Counted from the whole stretch's first letter, positions 36,338-50,600 are shown. The stretch: 63,702 bases of DNA, filler included, from Psammoneis japonica (GCA_008632985.1; 4 parts of 4 records of this genome joined end to end with filler, not necessarily neighbours in it), one strand, 5' to 3'. Notes: generated by a model from the letters alone, not told the origin. Translations and numbers: made by a program.

Positions 36338-37492
36338 ATGAAGCTTTCACCTCATGCAACCAACGCCAAAACTTCGTTAAGGCAGGAGAAAATCGTCCCT
36401 CAACCGCTGGAATCGAACTCCGAGCCGAAGAGCCTCAAACCGAGCCAGTGCCTCAAGATGGAGCAACGTTTTCATCCCGAGAAGAAGGACAGCCGTGCCT
36501 GCACCATCAATGTTGAGCACTACAAGAAACAAGGTGTCCCCAAGTTCATCGAATTTCTCAAGAGCTACGATCAACTTCCAGTGGGCCAGAATGTCAGGAA
36601 GCAATCTGATGAGTTTCGTCTCATGCGCATGTTGCTCCAAGGAGACGCTCTGCATGCTTTCGAGAATGCGGCAGCGAACCTTGAAGACGAATCTGCGGAA
36701 GGAAGCTTCGAGAAATGCCCACAACATCTCACAAGGGCATGTGTTTCCCAAGAACGCACTTTCGGTGCAGAAACGTTATTTGCGTCGTGATCTCAAGAAG
36801 CCGGAGTCCATGAAAGTGCGCGAAATTGCTGCTTGGGTCCAGGAAGTCAATGAAGACCTCAAGTTCTATCCTCCCTTTGGGAAGGAACAGAAGATCGAGG
36901 ACGACGAGCTCAAGGACATCCTCTTCAACCTTGCACCTCGAAAGTGCAGCGTCAGTCGACCGTCCAGGGTTTCGAAATTTTGAAACACACCTGTGACGAG
37001 TTGGTTGAGTTCTTGGAGCGCCTGGAGGTCGCAGAAGACACATTTGATGGCATTCATGCCAAGGCTGATGGCAGTGGCGGCACTGCATCAAAAGCCAAGA
37101 GTGGTTCCCAACGTGGTTCCAAAAATGGTCACCAACATGGTGCCGAAAAATCTCAGTCCGAGAAGTGGTGCATTTCATGCGAGAAATCCACTCATGACAC
37201 GGACAAGTGCTGGTCGATCAAAAGACTTGCGAAAGAACGCCGTGGGAACTGTGAACCCGACCCGAAACGGCGCCGTTCAAATGGCAATCGCACGTGGTCT
37301 CGTCGCGATGACGACAACGCCGCTCGCAAAGAAGAGTTGAATGCTGTGGCGATCCAAGCAGTTCAAAAAATGCTCAAAGCAAGTTCTTCGAACAATGATA
37401 AAAAACACAAGAGCAAAGATTGTGATTCTGATGCCCTTGACGAGGAAAATTGTCAGTTTGAAAAAATGACGCGCAGTGATTCTGAGGAATGA
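36338..37492 (+). pseudogene. gag: Gypsy-1 gag (two frameshifts)
   Basis: ORFs 36296..36790, 36495..36983 and 36944..37492; LLQGDAL and QKRYLRR motifs are shared with Gypsy-2 gag. Confidence 0.8.
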
Positions 37493-37592
37493 CTTGCACC
37501 GCAAGAGGAGTCTTGTGCTCTGCTGGACATTAGGAAGCCCAGAAAAAGGGCCAAAGCAATTCATGCTAGTCCAGCAGTCGTCGCCTGTATGA

Positions 37593-40391
37593 ATGCTTCA
37601 TTGGGTGGAGGCGAAAAACAAGCCTCTGCGCGTTCTCCTCGACAGCGGAACATCGTCAACCATAATTTTGCGCAAATTCACGCGGAAACTCAGAACAAAA
37701 GCATCCGCCACCAAACTCTGGGAAACCAAAGGAGGGCTCTTCACGACTGACAGTCGATGTAAGATCCAATTCTCCTCACCCGAATTTGACAAACACAAGA
37801 TGATTGAAACAACGGCACATGTTGACAACTCCCCTTCTTCTTCGAGTCGTTGTGACATGATCATGGGACGCGACTTAATGTCAAGTCTGGGACAATGTGG
37901 ACTTCTCGAATGAAGAGATTAAATGGGAAGATGCAACTGCTCCCATGAAGAATGTTGATGCACTCTTCGATGCCAATGTTTTTAAGTTGATTGCCGATCA
38001 CATTGAGGAATCTCATGCAGTGATTGGTCTTAATGACAGGGTCAATCGGATCCTTGACTCAGACTGTCACGCTGCAAACCTCAACAATGTGACCGCAGCA
38101 GCCACTCATCTAACCCCTGAAGAGCAGAAGCAGCTGAACTTCCTCTTAAAAAGATTTGAAAACCTTTTCGATGGTTCCCCAGGCAAATGGACCGGGAAAC
38201 CGGTGGATTTAAAGTTGAAATCGGGCGTGAGTCTGCATCATGCCAAACCATTTCCCATGCCACAAGCCTTGGAGATGACTGCTCGTAAGGAGGTTGAAAG
38301 ACTGTGCAAGTTGAAGGTCTCAAGAAAAACAAATTGTTCTGAATGGGCGGCTCCAACCTTTGTTCAACCCAAGAAAAACAGCAGAGTTCGGTTCTTGTCC
38401 GACTTTCGTGAGCTGAACAAGAGGTTAATTCGCACTCCGTTTCCTCTGCCCAATGTTCAGGATGTGCTACAGAAGCTCGAAGGCTTCATGCATGCAACGT
38501 CCCTAGATTTAAACATGGGACACTGTCACATCGAATTGACGCCGCACGCACGTCGCTTGTGCACGATCGTCATGCCTTGGGGCAAACATGAGCACTGTAG
38601 ACTCCCGATGGGAATCTGTGGAGCTCCAGACATTTTCCAAGAGCACATGAGTGAGCTCATGGCAGGTCTGGAGTTCGTCAGAACTTGTGTTGACGACACA
38701 TTGTGTCCTGCAAAAGGTGATTTTCAAGACCACCTCAAGAAGCTTGAAACGGTGTTCTCACGCCTGGAACAAGCCGGATTGAAGGTCAACGCCGAGAAGT
38801 CCTTTTTCGCTAAACCCAAAGTAGACTGTCCAGGCTTTCATGTCACCCGCAAGGGCATCAGCCCGATTCCAAAAAAAGCAGAAGCGATTCGCGCGATCGC
38901 AACTCCCAAAACTCGCAAGGAATTGCGACGCTTCATCGGTGTGATCAACTGCTGTCGAGACATGTGGCCTCGACGATCTCATGTTTTAGCTCCTTTAGCC
39001 AAACTCACTTCTACCCAAGTAAAGTGGCAATGGACCGAAACAGAACAAAAAGCCTTCGAAAATATGAAGCGCATCATCTCCAAAGACATGCTGTTGTCAT
39101 ACCCGAATTTTAACATACCCTTTGAGATATGTGCCGATGCTAGTAATTCTCAATTGGGGGCGGTTATTACTCAGAAAAACCGACCAATTGCCTTCTACAG
39201 CCGCAAGCTGAATGGAGCGCAGACGCGTCATGCTACAACGGAAAAAGAACTATTGTCCATAGTGGAGACGTTAAAAGAGTTCCGCAATATACTGTTTGGC
39301 CAACAGATAAATATATATACGGATCACAAAAATCTCACACACAAAAATTTCACAACGGACAGAGTCATGCGTTGGCGTCTAATGATAGAAGAATACAGTC
39401 CCAAAATAATATACCTTGAGGGCAAGGCAAATGTTGTCGCAGATGCGATTAGCCGACTTACTATGAAGAAAATAGAACCTATGGAAACCCTCAGCACAGA
39501 AGAGCTAGCTGAAAAGGTCCCACCAAAATCCTGCGACAATGTCTTTCCGTTAAATTACAAAGTTCTTGATTATGAACAAAAACGGGACAAAGACATTCTC
39601 TCCCAATTGTCGAATAAGACGTTTCATACGAAGACTTTCGTGGAGGCGAGCGAGACCGGTTGCTCACATGTCATAAGGATAAAATTGTCGTCCCGAGGAC
39701 GTTACAAAAGGCAGTGATAGATTGGTGTCATACGCACCTTCTCACCCTGGCATAAATCGAACAGAAGAAACAATCTCACAACACCTGTGGTGGTCCACCT
39801 TGCGTGAAGACATACGAAAATACGTGTCGAGATGTGAGACGTGCCANAAAATTCAAAAAGAAACACAAGAAATGTGGACATTTACCTCCTAAGTGCGCAG
39901 AATCCGCACCGTGGGAATGACCATGTGTGACCTTATTGGCCATACAAAATACGTCGTAAGGGAAAGAAAAAACCCCCAGTCCTGAAATGTTTGACCATGA
40001 TCGATCCAGCAACCGGATGGTTTGAAGTTGTGGAAATCCCAAATGAGGAGTCCACAACTGCAGCTGGACTGCTAGAACGAACATGGTCAAGCAGACATCC
40101 TTGGCCATCGTTGGTCACATGTGACCGTGGAAGTGAGTTCATCGGACACCAATTTAGAGAAATGGTGCAAGATGATCATGGCATTAAAGTCAAGCCCACA
40201 ACTGCACAAAATCCACAAGCAAATGCAATTGTTGAATGCGTGCATCAAGCACTGGGGAACATGCTCCGTACATTTGATTTGCAACATGCACCTCTGGACA
40301 CTGAGGATCCTTTCGCTGGAACACTGTCAGCGGCAGCGTTTTGCGTGCGGTGCGTTCTGCGCATCACATGGAACCACAACCAGTGCGCAAG
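37593..40391 (+). pseudogene. pol: Gypsy-1 pol (PR-RT-RH-IN), frameshifted
   Basis: ORFs 37593..37913, 37897..39717 and 39991..40391. Confidence 0.9.
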
Positions 40392-40491
40392 NNNNNNNNN
40401 NNNNNNNNNNNNNNNNNNNNNNNNNNNNNNNNNNNTTAATTAATTAANNNNNNNNNNNNNNNNNNNNNNNNNNNNNNNNNNNNNNNNNNNN
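40392..40491. other. Artificial contig spacer
   Basis: N44-TTAATTAATTAA-N44. Confidence 0.98.
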
Positions 40492-43400
40492 GGCTTCTCC
40501 CCAAAGAGGCATGCATGGTTGTCAACCATGCGCTCAATGCACTTGCGGGGAGCAAGGCACAGGGTGCCGTCTGGGTCACGGGTGAAGTCGCAGCCAAGAT
40601 GAAACTCCAATGGTCCAGTGCCCTTGAGCTTGAACTTGCATTTCTCCATGAGGGTGTCTGCAAAAGCCTGGGGGGTCCTTCATGGCAAAGGCCAGGTCGT
40701 CCACATACACTGCCATGCATTTGCAGTGGTCACCATTCCCATGCAGCCAGATGTCGGGTTTGGCTTTGCATGGGAAGAAGCCTTTGGCATGCAAGCAATC
40801 AGCAAAGCGTTCATGCCATCTGAGGCCAGAGCTGCGGAGTCCGTACAAGGCCTTGTGGATGACAAGGATGTGTCCTTCCAGGTCACTGAACTTGGTAGCC
40901 TGCCACAATGTACAGTTTCTCCTTGGTCGTAGCTTCGAGGCAGGTGTTCCCAACGTCAGTGGCCCAGGTCTCTAGTTCATTGAGTTCAGCCAGGAAGATC
41001 ATCATTTGCAGGCCACGGAGAGACACTGCTCTGGAACAGACACTGTTGACAGGCACGTCTGTGAGGTGTCCATCGGCAACAAGCCTTGCTTTGTGCCATC
41101 CGTCATGTTTGATGTCGCAGATGAGATGCACCCGGATCTTCTTGTGCCCTGATGGAGCACTAGAATCCTTGTGGTGTCCGCAGTCATGGAAGACCTCGCA
41201 CTCATCAAGCTGAGTCATCTCAAGGTCCATTGCATCTCCCCACTTGCGGTTGCCATTGCGCTCATCAAGGGCCATGGCATGCTTGCAGTCCCATGGCACT
41301 CCATGCCCGCACTTGCATCATGGCGCAGCACGAAAGGAGCGCAACTTGGCTTGGTTGGCCATGCGGAATGGCTTCTTCTGACGAAGGGCTATCTTGCAAG
41401 AACGTCTCCATCCTTTGGTTTCTAGAAGGCCGTGCTCACGCACGTAGATGGCACAGGTGACGGGGTCGTCCTTGGCAATGATGGCAAGGAGTTCAGACGT
41501 GATCTCCCCATTCTCCCATTCAAGCATGATGTTGCAGCTTGAGTCTTTCCAAGAGGGAACATGGGGTTGCAATGGTCCTTTGTGCGACACGATGCATCGG
41601 AACTTCCAGAGGGTGGTGTCCTTGTCTTGCTCAATGTGGTGCATGATGTTGTTGCAGGCCAGGACTTCCTTGCATTTGTCATTGTTGATGGAGCAAATGA
41701 ACTTGACCAGTTCAGGATTGTCTCCGATTTTCCAGTCATGGTCCTCAACGGCTTTGACGATGTGGGCTCTGTGGTGTTGTCCATCCTGTTGTGGCTTCAT
41801 GAGGAAGGTGCATGCGATGACATCCTCAGGGTCAAAGACTGGCATTTTGGGCATCCTGATCGCCTCCCCATCTGGTGAATCTGGCAAATCCTTGGAGTCA
41901 TGGCAGGATTTAATGACAGGTTCAGCAGATTTCTTGTCAGGAGGATCAAGATGCAGGTTTGGAGCAGACGGATCACGGGCGGAGCACACGTTGGAACAGC
42001 AGAGAATCTTCTGAGTGTCATCAGAAAGAATCTTGAATGTCATTTGGTGACCAACGTGATCGGCGATGCAAACAAAGTGACCATGTAATTCACGGGATTC
42101 GGGCAGGCAGTCAGAATCATCCAGGTGGCAGTGCACGGGTTCCCACCATTGAAAGTGGAGGAGCGGGCTGATGTTGGGAGTAGAGCCAGATGGCACCTCG
42201 GTGGGGGCATGCCAGTGGAGCTTGGCAGAGGCTGTGTGGTTGAGCACAAAGCACACGCACATCAGGGCAAGCAGCCAGGTGTAAGCCAGAGACCCGAAGC
42301 GATCCATGATGGTGTTGGCCATGGTCTTCACAGTTTGGCAGTGGCATTCAGCAAAATTCTGATGCTGTTGGTGAGGCTCGCTTTGCCAACTAGAAATGAA
42401 GAGGGCAAGAAGGATGCCAAGAACCTTGTTGCTGATCTCAAGCTGAGCACGGTTGCTGATGAGCTTGGACGGGGCACCATGATTGCGAATGTTGTCTTTG
42501 AGGGTGTTGACAAATTCTTTGTCAGTTTTGGTGCCACACACATCAGTGACAAGAGATTCTGTGCCGACAAAGAGGTGGGCGCTGGTGCAACCAGAGTCAA
42601 CAGCAGGGGTGTCAGAGCAGACCGTGTTGGTGGCAATGGGTTCATTACGTCAGTGGACATTGAGAGCTGGGTTGGGTGATTTGCACGCCTTTTTCAGGTG
42701 CGTGATGGCTGGCATGTGTTGGGGACCTTGATGGACCGATCATTGACATTGTGTTTGCACCACTCCAGCTGGCTGCAAGAGCGCATCGTCTTCCCCTTTC
42801 CAGTGCAGGTGCACTGGTGAACAATGGCAATGGCAGGGCCGCGTTGCGTGTGGATGACACCACCGGCAGTGACAATGGGAATGTTGACTGGTTGATGATC
42901 ATCGACACCTTGGACGTCAACCTGGCGACCAGTGTGGGCAATGACATGAACATCATCACCGGCGATGCCACCGTTTGCACCACAATCCACAAGAGCACCT
43001 TTGCAAGTTGACTTGTGGGTCGAGGCAGAGTAGACAACATTGTGGTTGTTGATGCGATGGCATTTGTGGCCATTAATCTCAATGTCAGTGTCGTTGGGCT
43101 TCGCGTCGGAGCGGATGGAAGGTGCAGATCTGGGCAGTTTCTTGCCAGAACGGGCGGAAGGAGGCCGTTCAGGTGCCAGGAGATGTTGCAAGTCGCCGGG
43201 TGGCAGAGGCTTGCACCTGGTGAGATGAGCCAGAATGGGGCCAGCATCGGCTGCATCGGCTGTGGCATGGGATTGGGCGAAGGCTGACGCAAGATCATGA
43301 GTGTTGGTGGACAAGTTGACATCGCCATCGCTGCCAATGTGGAGGTCGTGCAGGTTGACTGCCGTCAAGTCATGGCAGTTGCCGGTGTGGGTGGTGCGCG

Positions 43401-45648
43401 AGCCAAGAATGATGGCCTTGGTGGACTGGGGTAAGGTGTCCCAAATGTGCTGATGGTCCGGCGGAATGTGACGCCACATCATCTTCAGGGTCGTCAGGGA
43501 CCAGGTCATGTTCGTAGATGGCACGGCACCGAGCGCGAGGAGCCGTCTTGGGGGTGAACTTGCTGTTGCACTGTGCTGCAGCAGAAAGCAGGAGTCCACA
43601 GCACTCTTCATAAGAGAGCCCCTTTCCATTCTGCACGCGGAACTGATCGGCCTGATTCTTCACTGAACAGAGTTCCTTGACAGGATGAATGGCGTTCTCA
43701 AGCATGACACGTTTCTGGCCAGCAGAGAAATGGTCTGTGCCCGGGATGAGAGCTTCACACTTGTGGAGCTGGTCCTGCCAGTGGAGTGTGAAGGCATGGG
43801 TGGATCCTTTCCAGGTGCCATCACTGAGGCGAGCAGTGGTGAGGTACATGAGAAGGGTCAAGGACTCCAGGGATGCATGAGCAGAAGCAAGGGCACACTT
43901 GGAGAGGTCCCAACACACCGCTTGAGCATCAGAGGAGCCAACATGTTGACAAACAAGAGCCTTGCCTTTGTCATTCTGCAAGATCCATTCAAACATGGCG
44001 AACATGCACAGTTCAGCAAACAGGGCCTTGTCCTCAGCTGCAGAGGGCTTGCACGTCGGATCGAGAATGCGTGTGACGTCTTGGGAGTGGGCCTGTGCGA
44101 TGATGGAGGTGTGCCATGTGTGCCACTGTTTGTCAGACTTGAGAAGCGCGAAGGTGAGCAGGTCACGTTCGATGCCTCGTTGAAAGTCACGCACGGAATC
44201 ACGTGGTTTGGGTGGCAACGAGCCAGGAGTAGGAGCAGATGGTGCTGCACCCATGGAGAGGGACGCTGCATGCTCAGGACTAAGATGACAGTTGGTGAAT
44301 TCCTCTTGCGTGAACAATTGAGGGTCATTGCTGACATCCATGCCGCCGCGTGCTTTTACCGTGTATGGGCTAATCAGTGCAGCTGTCTGTGCTTTGTAAC
44401 CACGTGGCAAGGGCATTTGATTGGTGCCGTCATTGTACACAAGGGCATCTAATTGCATCGGAGTAAAAGTGAAAAGGTCCTGATGCGAATCGGTTCCATC
44501 AATGTTGAGGGTGGAGCACAGTGGACTGTCTGTGGCTTGATTCAAAACAGTGCCTAGAATGTGCTCAAGGCCATTGATTTGTTGTTGCCTGGTGAGAACC
44601 ACGTTGCAACCAGGTGGATGTCGGAACTGGCTGGAGTCAGAGGGTGAGCTTGAAACAACTTGAAACTTGACTTGAAGTCTTGAACTGTCTTAAGAGTCAG
44701 AAGCCACCGGGCTGTGATGTCCCATTCGTAGTTAGGTGCCAAGCTTCCCATCCGGTCTGTAGAGTTGTGCCGGCACGTCCGGACCCGCAGCCAGCGACGC
44801 TTTGGGTTGCTTGAGAGCAGAGTGACGGGTTTAAAAAACCCCTGCTGACAAGCCAACTGGAGGTGGACAAGACCTCCAAACCGTTCTTATTTTGTGTCGG
44901 TTGGATGACCCCATCAGGCCGGCCAAATTTGGCGCTGTGGAGGGACGAACAAACGTGGGAAATGCACCCTCGCCCCAATGCAGGCTGCAATCATGAACTG
45001 CTTCCTCTCACAGTTGTCCTCGTGGACCTTGCAGGACTGTAAAAGACCAGCAATCCGGTGTGGATACAAGGCGGTAGACTTGGCATGCATGGAGCAGAGC
45101 CAGAGTCAAAGGTTTGTGTCGTGTGCGTGTGGACGCGAGCGGATGGATTGGTAAAATCCGCCACAAGGAATCCGGAATCTCGGATGTCTGAGAATTTGGG
45201 AATTCCTGGCCAAACAAACATCCGTTGAATAAACATGTCCAACGATGGGAGGCATTGGATAAATCCAAACGTGTAGATTTTATCCAGCATCCACCAGTGA
45301 AGAAGGTAGACACATGCTTCCACCACCACTGGTGCGTGTCGTCAAAAATTTCTCAATGACAACAATGAACGCTCAATGGACAACAAAGAGCAAGACTGTT
45401 AATCTGACAAAAAATGAAGATGACTGGGTGGAAGAAAACAACAACTCCTCACTGCTGTCTAAACAGCAGATGAGTCTCTGTGCAGAGACCGTTGCAGGAG
45501 CCGAAAGACTGGTGTCGTGATGTTGGTGCTGCTGTCATTGTTCTTGTGAGCCTGTGGCTCAAAAGCAAACTACATCGCGTGATGCACCTGGAACTAAGAG
45601 CACACATGGTCATGTGTGACAAACTAAAATCTTGTTCAAATTCTGTCA
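40492..45648 (-). mobile_element. Copia-2, same family as Copia-1, more decayed, with internal deletions; cut by the contig end in RT; inserted into the RNase H of Copia-3
   Basis: gag starts at 44602 (MVLTRQQQ); PR, IN and RT (YVDD) are colinear with 24160-28870; deletions near 43480 and 42720; LTR at 45405-45648. Confidence 0.92.
45405..45648 (-). repeat. 5' LTR (244 bp) of Copia-2
   Basis: TGACAG...TTGTCA on the minus strand, homologous to 22945-23220, followed by the same PBS. Confidence 0.88.
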
Positions 45649-46059
45649 TGTGTGTTGACGTGCGCCGTTCTCCATTCGTCTCTGGCCGCACCTTCTCGCA
45701 CAAAGTGGTGAGCCAGACTATGACATTTCTTCTTTGGCTTTGAGTCAGGGATGGAGGTGTTAGCCAAAACAGACTGGTCATCTCCATGGACACAGGCTGG
45801 TCCAACAACCAGGATCCCCATCATCCAGAGCTTGTGGCAAAGCCCACGGATGCACTCCGCACACTGTTTCATGCTGGTGAACTCTGAACCAAATGAACTC
45901 GTTTCAATGCTCGTCTGCTTCTTGGACATCCAACAGACAGGTGCTGAGTTCAAATGGATGAGAAAACCAGTCTGTGATGGGCAAGTGATTGAGTTGTCCG
46001 CATGATCAGCATCCACGAAGGCATGCATGATCATGCCAAATCCTCTTGCTTGAGGCATG

Positions 46060-46491
46060 TGCAGTGTGCCTCGCCACTGGACAACACGGCGAGACCGTGC
46101 ATGAGCCTCTTGTACGTGACAACGCAGTGTTGTCAACACGTGCCTGGGAAGCACGACCACAGGAGGGCGTGGCTCTAGATCTCAGGCAGTTCCAGAAGGA
46201 TGCTAAGAGAGCATCCGTGTGAAGCACACCAGCCCGTCGTCTGGCCAACGATGGCAGCGTGATTCCACACGATGACATCACTCGTGCACAGCGCGTGATG
46301 GCTTGATTCACACGATCCACAATGCAAACGCACGATCGATTTGATGCGATCCAAGTGCGAATGAACAGGGATTTGGCAAGATTCCCTGTTCGCATGATCC
46401 CATTTTCTCTGCTCTAAACCAGCTCATAATTTTCACAACGACAAAGTCGCAACACATCTTCTTTTTCAGCACCTGGTGCATGCATGGGGCA
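46060..46491 (+). repeat. 5' LTR of Gypsy-2
   Basis: Ungapped direct repeat of 52642-53073. Confidence 0.95.
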
Positions 46492-46552
46492 CAGCAACAT
46501 TGCTCCCGCATGTTGTGCGAGGCAACGAAATCTACAGAAACGAAACTACGAA

Positions 46553-47629
46553 ATGTTGGTGGGACCGACAAATCTCAAAACGACCATGAAGAAGCGGATT
46601 AAGCCGCCGATTCCGTTCGCACGGCCGGAGAAGAAAGAGCTGCAGCAGGGCAAGTGCCAGACGTTCAAAATGCGCAACAACCCCACTGATCCGGACAGTC
46701 CAACGCACGAGATGGGCATCCTGCACCTTTCTACGGCTACATGCGAGACACTCCCAATCTTTCTACGCAACGTGGATCGCGTGCACGAAGGACAAAACAT
46801 GACAACCGGGCCAGCGAAATTTGCCCTCATGCGAGACCTGCTGCAGGGCGATGCTCTGACGTCATTTGACAATGCTGCTGACATGCAGGCATCCGAAACC
46901 AATGCTGCACACGCAGTGTGCATGGCGAAGCTAAAGGAAAGTGTCTTCCCACATGGGGCGGCGCTGTTGCAGAAGCGTTGTCTGAGGCGCTTCATGTGCA
47001 AACCCGCAGAGGTTTCCACTCGTGACTGCATCGCAAAGGCTGTTGAAATTAACGGCTGTGTCTCTCAGTTTCCACCCGTGACGGAGGATGGAGCAGCACC
47101 GGCACCATCACCTGATAACGAACTATGTGACATGTTCGAGTGCGGTGTGCCGAACGCATGGCAGAAGTTCATAACGTTACAGAATTTTGACCCGTTGGCG
47201 CATGCCATCGCCGAATTTGTACAGTTCTGCGAGCGCATCGAGCAGGTCGAGCTTGCCGAAGGTAACCTGGACCAACACACTGAGGTTCCACGTAAGCGGG
47301 GACGTACAACGGACAATCCTGAGTCGTTGATCACGAACCAATGGAACACCCAGAAGTTGTGTATGTCACACGGGACTAACTGTGGACATCATACGGAGGA
47401 TTGCCGTCAGCTCAAGCACCACGTGAAACGTGTCAAGACTGGCCATTCCAATGACGGAGGCAGCAAGCCTAACAAAAAACATCGGAATGAGGAAGACATT
47501 GACACTCTCATCGGATCGAAGGTCGAGGAGTTCTTTGCCAACGCTCAGAAAAAGCACAAGGCATGCGAGGAGGAGCTTAATCACTTCCGCGACCTCAACT
47601 TAAGTGATTCCGAAGATTCGGACGCCTGA
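46553..47629 (+). CDS. gag: Gypsy-2 gag (open, hypermutated)
   Basis: LLQGDAL, QKRCLRR, CMSHGTNCGHHTEDC knuckle. Confidence 0.85.
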   Translation: MLVGPTNLKTTMKKRIKPPIPFARPEKKELQQGKCQTFKMRNNPTDPDSPTHEMGILHLSTATCETLPIFLRNVDRVHEGQNMTTGPAKFALMRDLLQGDALTSFDNAADMQASETNAAHAVCMAKLKESVFPHGAALLQKRCLRRFMCKPAEVSTRDCIAKAVEINGCVSQFPPVTEDGAAPAPSPDNELCDMFECGVPNAWQKFITLQNFDPLAHAIAEFVQFCERIEQVELAEGNLDQHTEVPRKRGRTTDNPESLITNQWNTQKLCMSHGTNCGHHTEDCRQLKHHVKRVKTGHSNDGGSKPNKKHRNEEDIDTLIGSKVEEFFANAQKKHKACEEELNHFRDLNLSDSEDSDA

Positions 47630-47665
47630 GAAGGGGGCCGACACGACACAGGCAGTTTTAATGCA

Positions 47666-50600
47666 TTGGATGAATGTATAAATGAACAACTGAATTACCA
47701 TCGTACACGTGTTGTAGGCCAATCCCGTAAACGAGTTAAAAAGACTCATCTTACTCCAATCTTGTTTATGGCTATGAACACTAAACATGGCAAGGGCAAG
47801 ACTCAAACCATTAAGGCACTGCTAGATAGTGGCGCCAGCAGTACTCTACTCGATAGTCGATACTGTAAGCGTCTGCGAAGCCGTTCAACGGCTGAGACAA
47901 ACTGGACTACGGTAGCAGGCTCGTTCAGTACGTCTAACGACTGTACCGTTAAATCTCGGTTACCAGAATTATCCGAAACTGCAGAACTTAAACATACCGT
48001 CCACGTACACAACGGAAAGTTGGGCAAGTACGATATGATTATTGGACGTGACATTCTGGAGACACAAGGCATTGACATTGTCTTCTCTAAACAGATGATA
48101 GAGTGGCTATTAGTCAATGGAGAAGTACCAATGAGGCACGTAGATGCTACGGTGGAAACCTCCTTCTATCTTCAAGATCCAGAACACTTATCTTCGGAAA
48201 CCGACCGGATTTCACGTATTTTAGACGCTAAGTACGCGCCGGCCTGCCTCGAGGACATAACGCGAGCGGCAATAGGAATTTCTACAGTTCAACAAAACGA
48301 CCTTTTGGCACTATTGAAACGCCATGAGTCCTTATTTGATGGGACATTGGGAGAATGGAAGGGAGAACCCTACCATATCCAACTCAAGGAGGGTGTAGAA
48401 CCACACCACGCTCGTCCGTATAAAGTACCTCGTGCGTACGAAGCTACGCTACGTAAAGAAGTAGAACGCCCAGTGCGTGTCGGTGTTCTCAAACGCGTCA
48501 ACCGATCCCAATGGGCAGCTCCATCATTTATCATGCCGAAGAAAGACTCAACGGTGCGCTTTATTAATGATTTCAGAGAGCTGAATAAACGGATCAAGCG
48601 ATTGCCTTATCCGATTCCTCATGTCCAAGACATGCTGCTCAAGCTCGAAGGCTTTGTGTGGGCTGCATCTCTGGATTTAAATGTGGGCCATTGTCACATC
48701 CGATTGGATGCTGACAGCAAGAAGCTCTGCACGCTCATCTTCCCGTGGGGCAAGCATGAGATGCAGGCATTGCCCATGGGGCCATGCAATTCGCCAGACA
48801 TTTTCCAAGAACGCATGTCAGGCTTGTTTGAAGATCTGTCGTTCGTTCGAACGCACTTAGATGACCTTCTCGTCATGACGAAAGGCACCTGTGAAGATCA
48901 CCTCAACAAACTTGAAGAAGTTTTATTGAGGGTCCAGAAAGCAGGACTAAAAGCCAACGCAACTAAATCTCACTTCTGTCAAACCCAATTAGAACACTTG
49001 GGTTGTCTGGTCAACAGAGACAGAACGCGACCAACACCTGATAAAGTCGACGCCATCAAGCGAATCACGACCCCAACCAACAAACGCGACCTGCGGTCAT
49101 TTGTTGGTGTGGTGAACTGCTGCTGCGACACGTGGATTAGACGTTCTGAAGTCTTGGCTCCGCTAACACGACTCGCAAGCGAGACTGTTAAGTGGGAGTG
49201 GACGTCCGTTGAAGACGAGGCGTTCAAAACCGTTAAACGGGTGATGTCGGATGATGTTTTGTTGTCACATCCTGATTTTAACAAACCCTTTGAGATGCAT
49301 GCCGATGCCTCAAAACATCAATTTGGAGCAGTTACATCCCAAGACAATAAACCCATCGCCTTTTGCAGCAGAAAGCTTCGCAGTGTGCAATTAAATCACA
49401 CAACAACGGAGAGAGAATTGCTCGCCATTGTGGAGACGTTGAAAGAATTTCGAACGATTCTCCTTGGTCATCGTGTGGTTGCACATGCTGATCATAAAAC
49501 TCTTGCGTGCAAAGCATTCAATGCCGAGCGCGTTATGCGCTGGCGGTCAACATGCGAAGAATGCGGTCCCGAATTATGCCATGTCAAGGGTGCCCACAAC
49601 CTGGTCGCTGACGCTCTTAGTCACCTTTGGCCAGCACCCAGCTTGCCTTCCGAGGCCAATCCAGATGTAAAAGACACTCCATCGAGTCGTCCTTTGCATG
49701 AAGCTTTTAATGCAGACACGCAAAACGATGTCTCTCTGCCTGTTAGCTTCAAGCGCATTCAAACAGAACAACAAAAGGACAAGCGCCTGCTCTCCCGAGC
49801 TGAGGACTCATCCAACCACTCCATTCGCGCGCATCGTGGGGGAGGGTCATCACGACAGTTAATCTGTCATAAGGACAAAATCGCAGCACCACAGTCATTG
49901 CAGGTTCCGCTAACTGAATGGTGCCACGAGACACTGTGTCATCCAGGTGAGACACGTGCGGAAATGTCCATTGCGCAGCACTTCTGCTGGCCTGGCATGA
50001 GGTCTACGGTGCATTCTACATGCGTTAAGTGCAATCGATGCCAGAAGACAAAACGCCGAATGCAGCATCATGGAAAGCTGCCAGAAAAGGTCGCTGAGAT
50101 AATTCCATGGGAGACTCTGTGCATGGACATGACAGGGCCACACAAAATTCAAAGACGCGGAAAGGACACTTTGCAATCATGGGCAGTCACAATGATCGAC
50201 CCAGCAACCGGGTGGTTCGAGATTAAAGAAGTGTCTGCGAAACGCGCAGACGTCGTAGCAAACGTCGTTGAACAAACGTGGCCATGCAGACATCCGTGGC
50301 CAACCCAGGTGGTTTATGACCGTGGGACAGAATTTATGGCAGAATTTAGCCAGATGATCAAGGGGGACCGCCGACCTATTTTTTCCGCGTTTGTCCTAAA
50401 ATTAGCAATGTGTTTGAATGCGTTTATTCACAATTGTCAATTTTAAATGCAAGAATTGTTCCATCGCCCACGAAAACGAGAACATCAGGCACCGCGATCG
50501 AAGCACGACGATGACGGCAATTACGCTATCTCTCAAAATTGGCCCAGTGGCACGAGGGACGAAAGCACATAAATCAATCTGCACCACACGACGACAATGA

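Larger units (their letters stand above)
35922..40391 (+). mobile_element. Ty3/Gypsy LTR retrotransposon (Gypsy-1), cut by the contig end within integrase
   Basis: 5' LTR 35922-36300; gag with WCISCEKSTHDTDKC knuckle; PR LLDSG; RT CVDD; RH CADAS; IN TMIDPATGW, CDRGSEF, NPQANAIVE. Confidence 0.93.
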
